Source of the DNA: a virus
Taxonomy: Duplodnaviria; Heunggongvirae; Uroviricota; Caudoviricetes
Direction: 5' to 3' (one strand)
IMG/VR virus record: IMGVR_UViG_2681813318_000003
DNA: 64,000 nt
A model generated the notes under the pieces. That model worked only from the letters and a program-made list of their open reading frames with translations. It was not told where the DNA came from and did no database searches. Each line of letters starts with the position of its first letter. Position 1 is the stretch's first letter. Below are positions 1 to 9,527 of this stretch, in pieces. Both the position numbers and the translations under genes were made by a program.

Positions 1-322
1 ACCCCATGCGAATAAGAGTGTTTATTGCGGCTTTGGTAGACTCTGATTCGACGCTGACTTTTCGAAACTCTTGAACCTCTTTCGCCAACTTGTATGTAAT
101 TGTGCAGGGGACGATTGCAGCCCAGCCTTTCTCATGACTGTTAATGACCATCTGGATGTGACCATCCAGAATAGGTTGATTAGGCATGTTATTGAAAACG
201 TCTGCCTGTTTTTGAATGTGAAGAAAAAGCCTTGCCAGCGCCATTTGCTCACTACGAGACAAGGGATTATCAAGAGGACTTTTTGCAAAAGCTGCTATAC
301 GCTGTGCATCAATGCCAAACAT
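1..322 (-). CDS. hypothetical protein, partial (C-terminus beyond window start)
   Basis: Minus-strand frame opens at ATG 320-322 (TGATG overlap with the stop of the upstream gene) and runs to position 1 with no stop; track ORFs 22..288 and 71..382 are in other frames. Confidence 0.45.
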   Translation of the reverse strand, partial: MFGIDAQRIAAFAKSPLDNPLSRSEQMALARLFLHIQKQADVFNNMPNQPILDGHIQMVINSHEKGWAAIVPCTITYKLAKEVQEFRKVSVESESTKAAINTLIRMG

Positions 323-1026
323 CAGCGCACCTCACCATCTTTATGGCTGGAGTTAACTTCCGCCATTAAATGTCTGACGTAATCGACAAGAGAGCCATCT
401 GGTGGAATCTGGCATTCCTCAACTAACTGGAAGTAGATATCCGCTGCATTACGTGTATTACTACCCGCGCATATTCTTTCTTCCCGAAGTGCATGAAGCT
501 CGTTGATCAAACGGTCACACTCTCCGTTACGCTGATCCACAACGGCCTCAAGCTCTGCGACGCGTTCACCTGGCGTCTTACCTTCTTTGCGTTGGATGGT
601 AACGACGAAATCGCCAATTGCAGGGACGTTGTAATCCAGCTCAAGGTAGTTTTTGGCACCGCTGCGGACGAACTCACCCGCGAACATGGTGGCGAACATC
701 GCAGAGGCCACTTCGCCGTTGAAAAGTGACTCCAGATCTAACGGAGTCCCGGCAGCAAGAGCCTCTTTTGCTGTATCCATTGCATCCATGAACCGATCAA
801 ACTCACTAGCGCGCTTTTCCAGGTCTTTCCATTGCTCGCTCCAACGTTTGGCAACGAAGTCTATGAATGTTTTCGCGGATTCATCAAAATCCCCCTCAAA
901 CTTAACGATGCCTTTATCAATAATGATCTGGCCTACCGCATCCTCTGCATAACCTTTCAATGTAAACTTGAAAGGAAAATCAGAATGGCCTGTGACGTTA
1001 AAATGCTCTAACTGGAGGTTGTTCAT
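322..1026 (-). CDS. hypothetical protein
   Basis: 234-aa ORF; start preceded by the conserved AAGGAAAACAC-like leader seen at many genes in this window. Confidence 0.6.
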   Translation of the reverse strand: MNNLQLEHFNVTGHSDFPFKFTLKGYAEDAVGQIIIDKGIVKFEGDFDESAKTFIDFVAKRWSEQWKDLEKRASEFDRFMDAMDTAKEALAAGTPLDLESLFNGEVASAMFATMFAGEFVRSGAKNYLELDYNVPAIGDFVVTIQRKEGKTPGERVAELEAVVDQRNGECDRLINELHALREERICAGSNTRNAADIYFQLVEECQIPPDGSLVDYVRHLMAEVNSSHKDGEVR

Positions 1027-1087
1027 GTGTTTTTCTCTTATCGTTTAGTTATTACATTCTTACACAAATTAAGTAAGTATTTACCTA

Positions 1088-2773
1088 TCATTTAACGCAT
1101 TTGAAAACGTATACGCTGACTGTGATCCCTGTGTCTTCAAACTCGTTGGTAAACGACTTCCCTCTGGCATAAACGTAATTATCCATCGTCATCCAGTCCA
1201 GTATTGGCGCAGTGCCCGGCAATACTGCTACAAGACGCCCGCCGACTTTCAGATGCCCCAGCGCAGCCAGCGTGTGCTCTCTATGACGACCAAGCGAGTA
1301 CGGCGGGTTCATAACGATTTTGTCGAACTGATAACCTGCGTTGTCCTCAGACCACTTTATGAAGTCGCAGCAAATCGTGTTCGTATACCCTTTTCCACGC
1401 AGGATATCAGCGAAGAGAGGTGCGATTTCTATGCAGGTAACATCTTCCAGATCGGCGTTAATATAGGCCAGAAGATCCCCACGTCCGGCTTGAGGCTCCA
1501 ACAGCTTCTCACCAGGCTTCAATTCAGTGGCTCTGGCAACGTACTCAGCAATCAAGCGTGGGGTAGGGTAGAACTGGTGTGATTTTGTATCCGGTATTAA
1601 ACCGGTAGCCACAATCGTATTTAGCGTATGGCCGATCTCATACGGGAACTGCCAGTGCTTTTTCTCCTGCACGCCGCCAATGAAGCTCAGTGTGCGCTCA
1701 AGCTCTTCCACCTGCGACTTCTGGAGAGCTGAATCAGAGAAGTACCATACGCCTTTGTCTTTGCTCAATCGCCCGTCACGAAGCGCAGTGCGAACCGGCA
1801 TGGAGATCGTCTTCTGGATTAACCCGAACTGCTTTGGTGCCCGTGTTTTTGGCGCAGTTCGGCATGGCGCGGGAATTGCAGCAGGCATACTGTAAGCCAG
1901 CACCTCATTCAACTTCCAGGCCACGTCAGGATGTATTTCAAAGTGAACGTTGCCGTTCTTGAACATCTTCACGCGCATCAGATTTCCATCGACGTTCATC
2001 CAGTCACCGGTCTGGCAGTCGTTTGCCCGATACGCAGCTGATAGCACCTCAGCAGTGCGGTTGATGGTAATAAATTCTTTGTGCGCGAAGAAATGAAGCA
2101 AGACACGCAGATCGTCGATGTAGTCCTCTTTGCGATAGTTCACGCTAACGCTGTCCCGCCAGAAATCAGAAATGCAGTCAGCGATTATCAGACGCTCGCT
2201 GAAACCGTTTGTCTTATTTGTCTTGTGCGCAGGACTCAGCGCCTTAAACAAGCCATACACGCGCTCAGAGAGATATTTGTGCCTGTCATTCAGCAAATTA
2301 AGCATCGTGGGTATGACCGTTTCTGCTTTGAACTCCGGTACACCAACGAACTCTTTAACCTTCATCTGGTAGCCGGTTCTGTCAGTTTTGATGACTTCCT
2401 GTTTGCCCTCTATAAACTGCTCGCGCCACTCATCTCGACGGGAAGCTGGCATGATCAGCAAAACGTTAGTCATATCCGTGACCTTCCTCCAGTACTCGGC
2501 CCAAATATTCTGTTTCACCCATTCCAGATCGACTTTATCCAACCAACCTCGATTTAAACGCGAGCGATCTTCATCTGGTCGATGGTTTAGTCGCAGCAGG
2601 CGATTAATCATGTTGTGGCGTTCGTCGCCATAAACGAAGTCGTGTACCTGATACATGAAGGCGATCTCTTTCTCGCACTCGGCCACGATTTCGTGGATGA
2701 CATTCATTTCCTGACGATAGTCGATAGCCGTGTTTGAGCTGGCATCGTCGATGATGGAAAGGGCTGTATTCAT
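1088..2773 (-). CDS. putative N6-adenine methyltransferase domain protein with ~350-aa N-terminal extension
   Basis: C-terminal third carries FYPTP, LEPQAGRGDLL (SAM-binding motif I-like) and NPPY (motif IV); N-terminal part has no motif I recognise. Confidence 0.55.
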   Translation of the reverse strand: MNTALSIIDDASSNTAIDYRQEMNVIHEIVAECEKEIAFMYQVHDFVYGDERHNMINRLLRLNHRPDEDRSRLNRGWLDKVDLEWVKQNIWAEYWRKVTDMTNVLLIMPASRRDEWREQFIEGKQEVIKTDRTGYQMKVKEFVGVPEFKAETVIPTMLNLLNDRHKYLSERVYGLFKALSPAHKTNKTNGFSERLIIADCISDFWRDSVSVNYRKEDYIDDLRVLLHFFAHKEFITINRTAEVLSAAYRANDCQTGDWMNVDGNLMRVKMFKNGNVHFEIHPDVAWKLNEVLAYSMPAAIPAPCRTAPKTRAPKQFGLIQKTISMPVRTALRDGRLSKDKGVWYFSDSALQKSQVEELERTLSFIGGVQEKKHWQFPYEIGHTLNTIVATGLIPDTKSHQFYPTPRLIAEYVARATELKPGEKLLEPQAGRGDLLAYINADLEDVTCIEIAPLFADILRGKGYTNTICCDFIKWSEDNAGYQFDKIVMNPPYSLGRHREHTLAALGHLKVGGRLVAVLPGTAPILDWMTMDNYVYARGKSFTNEFEDTGITVSVYVFKCVK

Positions 2774-2881
2774 AATTACACCATTAAATAATTTGTTTTC
2801 TTATTGGTGTAATTATCGCAAACTTGAAAAGGCATAAAAGCTGCATTCATAGGCGTTACAGCAGATTTAAGGCGTAAAAAT

Positions 2882-2897
2882 GGGGGCTTTCGCCCCC
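2882..2897 (-). terminator. hairpin GGGGGC-TTTC-GCCCCC followed by a U-run on the minus strand
   Basis: Perfect 6-bp GC stem; minus-strand read continues ATTTTTAC; sits between the stop of 2921..3484 and the start of 1088..2773. Confidence 0.5.
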
Positions 2898-2920
2898 TGT
2901 CGACTTGTGCGGTATTAGAA

Positions 2921-3484
2921 TTATGCGTATTGCGTTTTGTGCGGTTGCTTATTCAAGTCGTGGCGATGCGTAAGCTCCCGCATCATGTCTTCAAGCCGAC
3001 TTTTCGTATCATCAAGCTGGTCGGCCATTGCTCCCAAAAGCTGGCGAACGGCCATTGGATCGTCACTGTTTAGTGATGGCATTTTATATCCCGCTTTAGA
3101 AGACATAAGATTGATTGCAGACATCAACATCGTTAGAGAAGACTTAAGTCCGGCAATTTCACGATCTTTGCTGGCAATAATCGTCTCACTATTGTTACCG
3201 TCATGGGTTCCTTGAGTCTCGCTCACCATATCCAAAGTCGCCTGCAACTTATTAGCGCGCTCTTTTTCAGCAAGATAATGAACACCGAAATGGTGTGCCA
3301 AAGCTACAACCTGAGTTGGCTCTTCAAAGGTGGAATTAAAATTAAGTACTGTAAACAGTCTCTCAAATATAGAAACGTCTTCTGTTCCCCGAACAATGCC
3401 TAACATTTTGACAAGTTCATTAGCATCCATTTCTTCGAATAGGGCGTTTTGTTCATCAGCTATTGCTTTGCATTTCTCGCACAT
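2921..3484 (-). CDS. hypothetical protein
   Basis: 187-aa ORF; conserved leader and AAACAAGTTGTTT palindrome upstream. Confidence 0.55.
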   Translation of the reverse strand: MCEKCKAIADEQNALFEEMDANELVKMLGIVRGTEDVSIFERLFTVLNFNSTFEEPTQVVALAHHFGVHYLAEKERANKLQATLDMVSETQGTHDGNNSETIIASKDREIAGLKSSLTMLMSAINLMSSKAGYKMPSLNSDDPMAVRQLLGAMADQLDDTKSRLEDMMRELTHRHDLNKQPHKTQYA

Positions 3485-3781
3485 GTGTTTTCCTTAATGC
3501 TTAAACAAGTTGTTTTCTAATTGGATTTATTGTGATGTGGCATAAAAGGGGAGCAAGCTAAACGTAAAGGTGCAAACTCTCTATTTCGGTCAACGAAACA
3601 CAAGGGCCATTTGGCCCTTGTCATTAACACGTTGCTTTACGGACTAGCGGATAAGCGAAGTAGATCGCCAGGCCAATGAGGACGCCATCAGAAATGACAG
3701 ACATCATCTTTCCCGTAAAATCCACCAACACCGCCATCACCAGAAGAGCAATGACGGTCACAAGCCGGAATCTCTCAAGCA

Positions 3782-4207
3782 TTAGAGATAAGCATCCAGT
3801 GACAACTGAAGCGCCTGGGCTATCTTTTTCAGCGCCTGCTCTTCTTGTTCTCCAATACCGTCTTGGTCGGCAATATCAAGGCACAGACACAGAACATCGA
3901 CCGCCTCTGGAGTACCCGCAATATCAGACAGCTCACGAATAGCCTGTGCATTAGCAGAACGAGGGGACGCTTCGTAACGAGCACGGATATTGGCGCTCAT
4001 TTGGGCAATTTCACCAGCAAACGGAGAAAACGCAGGCAGAGCTGCAATTGTCTTCTCAAGAATGGCAATTTCTTTTGCGTCACATGTGCCGTCGGCATAG
4101 GAGATCATGTACGCGCCCCACACGGTGGCCTCAACCGCATCACGGTTCTCCATTTTTTTGACTTCAATAACAGCTTTACGAGTTTTCTTTTTGAAGAAAC
4201 CTAACAT
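3782..4207 (-). CDS. TerB-like domain protein
   Basis: 141 aa; residue pattern around a conserved DG resembles the tellurite-resistance TerB fold, recalled from memory. Confidence 0.45.
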   Translation of the reverse strand: MLGFFKKKTRKAVIEVKKMENRDAVEATVWGAYMISYADGTCDAKEIAILEKTIAALPAFSPFAGEIAQMSANIRARYEASPRSANAQAIRELSDIAGTPEAVDVLCLCLDIADQDGIGEQEEQALKKIAQALQLSLDAYL

Positions 4208-4300
4208 GTGTTTTCCTTTTATTATTTGTCAGAACAAGTTGTTTTCTAGTTTCATAAATTGCTTGCGCAAAGATGGTCAATGCATATGCACTAACAACCG

Positions 4301-4489
4301 TCAGAAATAACCAAGTACCGAACCAACTGGAAAAACAAAAATCCCAACTACACGAGCCAAGGTCATGCCAGCCTGAAACTGGAGATCACCAGAGCAAACA
4401 AGTTTTATAATGTTCGATACCCAACCGGCGGCCATGAGGGCCAGAATTGCCAGCCAAATTTTTCCAAAGTGATTTGAAAACCAGTTCAT
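4301..4489 (-). CDS. small membrane protein
   Basis: 62 aa with two hydrophobic segments. Confidence 0.4.
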   Translation of the reverse strand: MNWFSNHFGKIWLAILALMAAGWVSNIIKLVCSGDLQFQAGMTLARVVGIFVFPVGSVLGYF

Positions 4490-4498
4490 ACAACCGCC

Positions 4499-4993
4499 TT
4501 AGTCACAACATGATCCTGAGTAACTGGATGAACTTGAGGTATCGCATCCACCGTCATCCCATCCAGAGTGACAGGACGCTCTACTGGAGTGGTGGTAATT
4601 GTCGTCGACGGAGGTGTGGTGATGGATGAATCCGGCATCAAAAGGCTCTGGCCGGCTGGAACAGCTACCGTCGCCAGTGAAACTATAATGAGAACGTAGG
4701 CCATTGGTTTCAGCCTCTTTCTTTGAAAATTTTCCATTCGAACTGTCCTTGTTGTTTTTCTCCTTCACTAAAGGCCGTGCATTTTTCGCTTGGTGTGAAG
4801 AACCAGAGGTAACAATCGCCCCCACGTTCGCAACAACTGACGCTTGCTTATCTAAACGTTCATTCAGCAACCGAACGGTAGTCTCCAGTTCATCAAGACG
4901 TGACAGAACACGACCGCTAAATAATTCGGCCAAAATTTGACGTAGTGAACGAGGACGTTTAGTTGCAGAAGTGAAATAGGTTTGACGTGCCAT
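4499..4993 (-). CDS. hypothetical protein; 3' half overlaps an alternative frame (4486..4737) that encodes a signal or TM segment
   Basis: N-terminal ~80 aa look protein-like; C-terminal part is low complexity while the other frame encodes MAYVLIIVSLATVAV followed by a Thr/Pro-rich tail. Confidence 0.35.
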   Translation of the reverse strand: MARQTYFTSATKRPRSLRQILAELFSGRVLSRLDELETTVRLLNERLDKQASVVANVGAIVTSGSSHQAKNARPLVKEKNNKDSSNGKFSKKEAETNGLRSHYSFTGDGSCSSRPEPFDAGFIHHHTSVDDNYHHSSRASCHSGWDDGGCDTSSSSSYSGSCCD

Positions 4994-5138
4994 GTGGACT
5001 CCATCCAGTGTCAGAAAGAGTTGCGGCTGGCGATTGCCAGCCGCCTTTCTCGTTCCATCCTGGAACTGTGTCTTACCGACACATTGTCATCCTGACGCCG
5101 ATAAGATACATGATTTAATATGATAGGTAAACACTTAC

Positions 5139-5732
5139 TTACCACTTGTTGTAAATAAAACCAATGTCTTTCTTGTGAGGCGTATCGGCTGCGGAAAAAG
5201 CTGCGATCTTCGCGAGTCGATCACATATTTCATTTTCACGATGCCCGGCGTGACCTTTAACCCACTTCCAGCGAACATTATGTCGACTTGCGGCCTCATC
5301 CAGACGTTTCCACAGATCAACATTCTTTACCGGTTTTTTATCAGAAGTCATCCATCCATTACGTTTCCACCATTTCATCCACTGTGTCATGCCGTTTTTC
5401 AGATACTGGCTATCAGAGTACAAAATAACGTTGCATGGATATTTCAAACGCTCCAGCCCGATAAGTGCGCCCATCATCTCCATGCGGTTATTGGTGGTGC
5501 TATGAAAACCATCTGAGAACTCGCGTTCCTCACCACGATACTGGAGAACGATACCGTAACCGCCCGGGCCACCCGGATTTTTAAGGCAAGAGCCATCACT
5601 AAAGATTTTCACGGTTTTGAGCTGGGGATTGAACTCTACGACAGGCGTTGTGGGATTGGTGCGGGGAGAATTTTTGTTTTTGTCTTTTTTGCGAGTTTTT
5701 GCTTGCGATCGGGCTGGTGTCTTCGTCGTCAT
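5139..5732 (-). CDS. rnhA: ribonuclease H
   Basis: RNase HI-like C-terminal region (FSDGSC...GYG..., ...VKGHAGH.ENE.CD.LA); start moved to ATG 5730-5732, preceded by AGGAG. Confidence 0.85.
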   Translation of the reverse strand: MTTKTPARSQAKTRKKDKNKNSPRTNPTTPVVEFNPQLKTVKIFSDGSCLKNPGGPGGYGIVLQYRGEEREFSDGFHSTTNNRMEMMGALIGLERLKYPCNVILYSDSQYLKNGMTQWMKWWKRNGWMTSDKKPVKNVDLWKRLDEAASRHNVRWKWVKGHAGHRENEICDRLAKIAAFSAADTPHKKDIGFIYNKW

Positions 5733-6316
5733 ATAAACTCCTGAATCAATCGCCGCGCCGATTTTTTTTCCTCGCGCGTGCGCACACGCGTGCGTGTTAA
5801 TAATTATTAAAATAAACAAATTACTTCCCAGAACAGGTTTTTATAAACCTGAACTGAACGAACGAAGTGAGTGAAGTTCACCTCGAACGAAGTGAGAGGT
5901 TGTCTTTTCAGGTAATACTCTCCCAGGGAGGTGAGTATAAAATTCCTCACCAACCTGGTCGTTTCATAACCTGAAAAGCTATGGTCTAAGTCTACTGCCA
6001 GCTTAGACTTGGGAAGTTATGGATGACAGCACCCCAGAACCGAGATCTTCCCACACTTTATGAAGGGGAGTACTGGATTCAACCTCTCGAAACACCCCAG
6101 ACTCGACAATCATAAAGTGACCCTTGTCTCTGCTCACTTTGGTTCCCCCTTCCCCGACACCTATACGGCACCGGTTCTACGCTGGTAGTGAGCTTTTTTA
6201 AACCTGACGCCAGTGACGCTTACCCCCACCCATCAGGTCGAGCCTCCAGTCTACGACTGGAAACTATCATATCTTAGCACTTACAATTCACTTTATGAAT
6301 AGTTTGTACTTATCTA

Positions 6317-6547
6317 TCATTGTGATTGATTATTTTCTCGACCATGTAGTTGAACATTCAAGGCAAACACCTCATTGATCAACTCACCTAAAAGCTGTTC
6401 AACAAGTTCGCGATGCTCGCCAAGATGCAAGCACTTAATTGCCCACTCGTACAAGTTGAAAGCCTGCTCACGATCTTTCATCATTTCACGAGCCTGGGCC
6501 AGAAAATCGCTCTCTACGAGCGCAACGACATTAGTCGGGTATGACAT
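6317..6547 (-). CDS. hypothetical protein
   Basis: Start moved to ATG 6545-6547, preceded by AAGGAAAC. Confidence 0.45.
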   Translation of the reverse strand: MSYPTNVVALVESDFLAQAREMMKDREQAFNLYEWAIKCLHLGEHRELVEQLLGELINEVFALNVQLHGRENNQSQ

Positions 6548-6652
6548 GTTGGTTTCCTTAAAGTGGTTCATAAAATCGATTTTAAAGCGTCTGGGAAGGG
6601 GTTCTAGTGGATTCTGTAGTGATGTTCAGGTCTGGAGTCTCTGATACAAAAC

Positions 6653-6711
6653 AGCCTGCTTCCGTATATTAATAATTAATATGTAGTTATTTATATATAC
6701 AGAAGCAGGCT
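6653..6711. repeat. inverted-repeat element (17-bp arms AGCCTGCTTCCGTATAT, AT-rich spacer), copy 1 of 2
   Basis: Near-identical element at 54331..54384; flanking GTTCTAGTGG-like sequence is also shared. Confidence 0.6.
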
Positions 6712-6732
6712 AATTACAGACGCCAGAACAAA

Positions 6733-7326
6733 CTAAGCAGCCTTCTTTGATGGTCTTTTTTTCCTGATCACATTCGCAGGATCATACCCTCCCAGACTTT
6801 TCATGACGTCCAAAGGGATCTTGCTTATAGAGTGCCCAGCGTCCTGACAGAATCCTCGAAAAACAACGAGCATACTGCCACCGGGGTTGATGTTTACTTC
6901 TACCTGACCCAAATTGACGTCAGGCTCGACAAACGCTACGCGGCCACCAGACAGAATAATCGTCTCATTCGCACACTCTGTTGCACGCTCATACCACTTT
7001 GTATCGAGGGATTGAGGAATTAGCATCACTGTTGTAACTCCGCGAGCCTGCTCACGTATAGCCGCATCAATCCAGGGGGAGATTTTGGAGTAGGGTGGAT
7101 TGAGGAAGGCAATTGTACCTGGCTGTCCCCATTCAGATTTCAAAGCATCACGCTCAACGCCTATGAAAATAGGCAGCTTTGCGTTGTCCTTGTTGCAGGC
7201 AACGTCAACATCAAATGTCACTCCAAGATAACGTTGAATGGCAGAAAACAGCCAATCAGGTGTTCTCCAGAGGTCACGAAGAGAGTTGTCGCGCTTTCGC
7301 TGTTTGATTTTTTCGGCTGCAATCAT
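6733..7326 (-). CDS. phage-type DNA N6-adenine methyltransferase (Dam-like)
   Basis: 197 aa with N-terminal WRTP and central NPPY motifs typical of the small phage Dam family. Confidence 0.75.
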   Translation of the reverse strand: MIAAEKIKQRKRDNSLRDLWRTPDWLFSAIQRYLGVTFDVDVACNKDNAKLPIFIGVERDALKSEWGQPGTIAFLNPPYSKISPWIDAAIREQARGVTTVMLIPQSLDTKWYERATECANETIILSGGRVAFVEPDVNLGQVEVNINPGGSMLVVFRGFCQDAGHSISKIPLDVMKSLGGYDPANVIRKKRPSKKAA

Positions 7327-7336
7327 CTTCTTTCTC

Positions 7337-7357
7337 GATAGGTAAGTGATTACCTAT
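7337..7357. promoter_or_regulatory. palindromic motif GATAGGTAAGTGATTACCTAT, 10 nt upstream of the Dam-like gene start
   Basis: Member of the recurrent GGTAAG..CTTACC palindrome family. Confidence 0.5.
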
Positions 7358-7509
7358 TTTTGCATTTGATTTTATGTCTGGCAATCAAATAAAACGCGCC
7401 AGAAATGCAAACGAGAAGCTCTCTGGCGCGTTTTTGTGGTGCTGGGTATGTGATTGGCTTACCCAGCACTATAAAGCTCTCTATGGGCTTTATTTTCAGT
7501 AGGGGGACG

Positions 7510-8319
7510 TCATCCAATAGTGTACTCCGCTACAAACTTCTTAACGATCGGTGATTCTTCGTTCAATGTTAGATTTCCACCGTCTCTAACGGCAATTCCT
7601 GTCGCTGGAAATACAGCCATCATTTGCCCAGCCTGAGTTGACGCAGTGTTAAGCGGATACGGTTTTTCTGGATTGCTCATTAAAGCAATCTTAATACTAT
7701 TACTTGTAGCCTTCTTTTCTGTGAGAAGGTGTCTCATGGAAATTACCGTGTAAACACTAATATCTGGACCTCCGCTAAACCAATTAAGAAGGTTTAATAT
7801 CTTATCCTTTGCTTTGACAGGCGCGTTTTCGTAAGTGTCTAAGAAAATATCTTTTTCTAAGCCTGCTTTATTGAAAAACAAATCATCTTTATCACTTAAA
7901 GTAAAACGAGGACCTCTTGCAGTACGAGCTTTTTTATTTGTATTGCTATCATTTGACTGTTGAACTTTTAATTCATCATTAACCTCAACACACTCTTCAA
8001 CCTCAATAAACCCCAATTGTTCTGGCTCGTTTTCGGCAGATTCAACACTTTCAGCCTTAATTACGTTTATAGGCTCATGAGCTAACTCCAACTCATTTAA
8101 AGCGGAGCTGAAATCACCTGCTTTTTCTTCATTGAACAGTTCTTCGGCAACATCATCAGAACTCATGGCTACGCCAGCATCGAGGCCGAGAAGCAGATCG
8201 TCAATATCATCAGTATTTTCAACCTGTGCAGCTTTTTTTACTGGTTCATCAAGTGATTGCAACATGGCTGTCAGCTCATCCAGATCATCATTTGTCATTA
8301 CATTTTCAACCGAACTCAT
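7510..8319 (-). CDS. hypothetical protein with strongly acidic N-terminal region
   Basis: 269 aa; first ~110 aa are dominated by Asp/Glu; AGGAG upstream of the start. Confidence 0.55.
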   Translation of the reverse strand: MSSVENVMTNDDLDELTAMLQSLDEPVKKAAQVENTDDIDDLLLGLDAGVAMSSDDVAEELFNEEKAGDFSSALNELELAHEPINVIKAESVESAENEPEQLGFIEVEECVEVNDELKVQQSNDSNTNKKARTARGPRFTLSDKDDLFFNKAGLEKDIFLDTYENAPVKAKDKILNLLNWFSGGPDISVYTVISMRHLLTEKKATSNSIKIALMSNPEKPYPLNTASTQAGQMMAVFPATGIAVRDGGNLTLNEESPIVKKFVAEYTIG

Positions 8320-8479
8320 GTAAGTCTCCTTCTGTTTAGTTGCATTTGCGTTTCGATGGCTACATTTTGACTAAACCTATCAGGCGGAAAAGTATTAAAT
8401 ACAGGCAGGAAATGATTGAAAGGCGACTGTTCTTTAAAAGAAAGCCTGCTTCAAACTCTCTTTAAAGCAGGCTTTTGTT

Positions 8480-9037
8480 TTACACAATTTCAGAGGGTAA
8501 TTTAAAAAATCCGTATTTATTACGTGCCTTAAAGAAGCATTGCATCATTAAGTTTGTGTCATATAAGGCACTATGTGCTTTGGCATGATCGTATATAAAG
8601 CCAAGAGAGAAGGCCAATTCTTCAAGGCGAGGACGTTTACCGTCTTCTGTGGCCCACAATCCCGATAACATAGTATCTATAACAGGAACTTCTGGCAGTC
8701 TTACTCCATACCCTGAAAACTCGTGTCGAATAAATGGTATATCAAACGCTTCGCCGTTATGAGCAATCCACGCACTACATGCCCCCATATAAGCGCCAAT
8801 TTCGCTGGCATGATTTGACAACAAAGGTTCAGCTGCGAGCTGTTCTAATGAAATGCCATGAACGGCTTGAGCTTTCGGATCTATGTTTCTGCGAGGGTTA
8901 AAACGCATCTCCAGACTATCAATATGTCTCTGTGTCTCCAGTTCATAGCGGGTAATTGCGATTTCAATAATTTTATGACCAGCAAGGAAATCCAGTCCCG
9001 TAGACTCGATATCGATGCCTGCAACAATCGTTGTCAT
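8480..9037 (-). CDS. DnaQ-like 3'-5' exonuclease (DEDDh family)
   Basis: Motifs DIESTGL, HNGEAFDIPF and HSALYD. Confidence 0.8.
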   Translation of the reverse strand: MTTIVAGIDIESTGLDFLAGHKIIEIAITRYELETQRHIDSLEMRFNPRRNIDPKAQAVHGISLEQLAAEPLLSNHASEIGAYMGACSAWIAHNGEAFDIPFIRHEFSGYGVRLPEVPVIDTMLSGLWATEDGKRPRLEELAFSLGFIYDHAKAHSALYDTNLMMQCFFKARNKYGFFKLPSEIV

Positions 9038-9046
9038 CAGAACTCC

Positions 9047-9466
9047 TTACAACTTCTTAGCGCCCTTAAGTAGGGCGCTACGTACAAATTGAGCCGCTTT
9101 TTTCAAAGTTTCTTCACTGGTTTCACAGACAATCGGATCTTTCCACTTACCTGACGCAGTGTTGAGAATATTGATTTGGTTGCTATCCAGACAAATAGAG
9201 ATATAAAGCACCGTGCCACCAGCCAGCATCAAATGCATAGGAAACAGAGGCTTTTTACTGTCTTCACTGAACTGAGACATGGCGATGTTAATGGCTTCAC
9301 CTACTTGTGCGCCAACAAGCCCCTGCGCAGTTTCGAATATGGCACGAATAGCCAGACGAGCCTCTCGATCGCTCATAAGCGACCGGGAATGTTCGTCCGC
9401 TACACGAATCAAAGCCTCTGTTGTTTTCCGATCCAGTTCATCTTCAAGCAACATTTCACTAAACAT
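9047..9466 (-). CDS. hypothetical protein
   Basis: 139-aa ORF in operon context. Confidence 0.5.
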   Translation of the reverse strand: MFSEMLLEDELDRKTTEALIRVADEHSRSLMSDREARLAIRAIFETAQGLVGAQVGEAINIAMSQFSEDSKKPLFPMHLMLAGGTVLYISICLDSNQINILNTASGKWKDPIVCETSEETLKKAAQFVRSALLKGAKKL

Positions 9467-9527
9467 TTTTTATCCTTAACCCATTTTGAGAGTTTTATTG
9501 TCGCAATGTCGAAGAGGCGAACAATTT

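Noticed and set aside
22-382. Track ORFs 22..288 (-) and 71..382 (+) at the left edge
   Set aside because: Composition is not protein-like; a third frame on the minus strand (1..322) opens with a TGATG-coupled ATG and runs off the window, which explains the region better.
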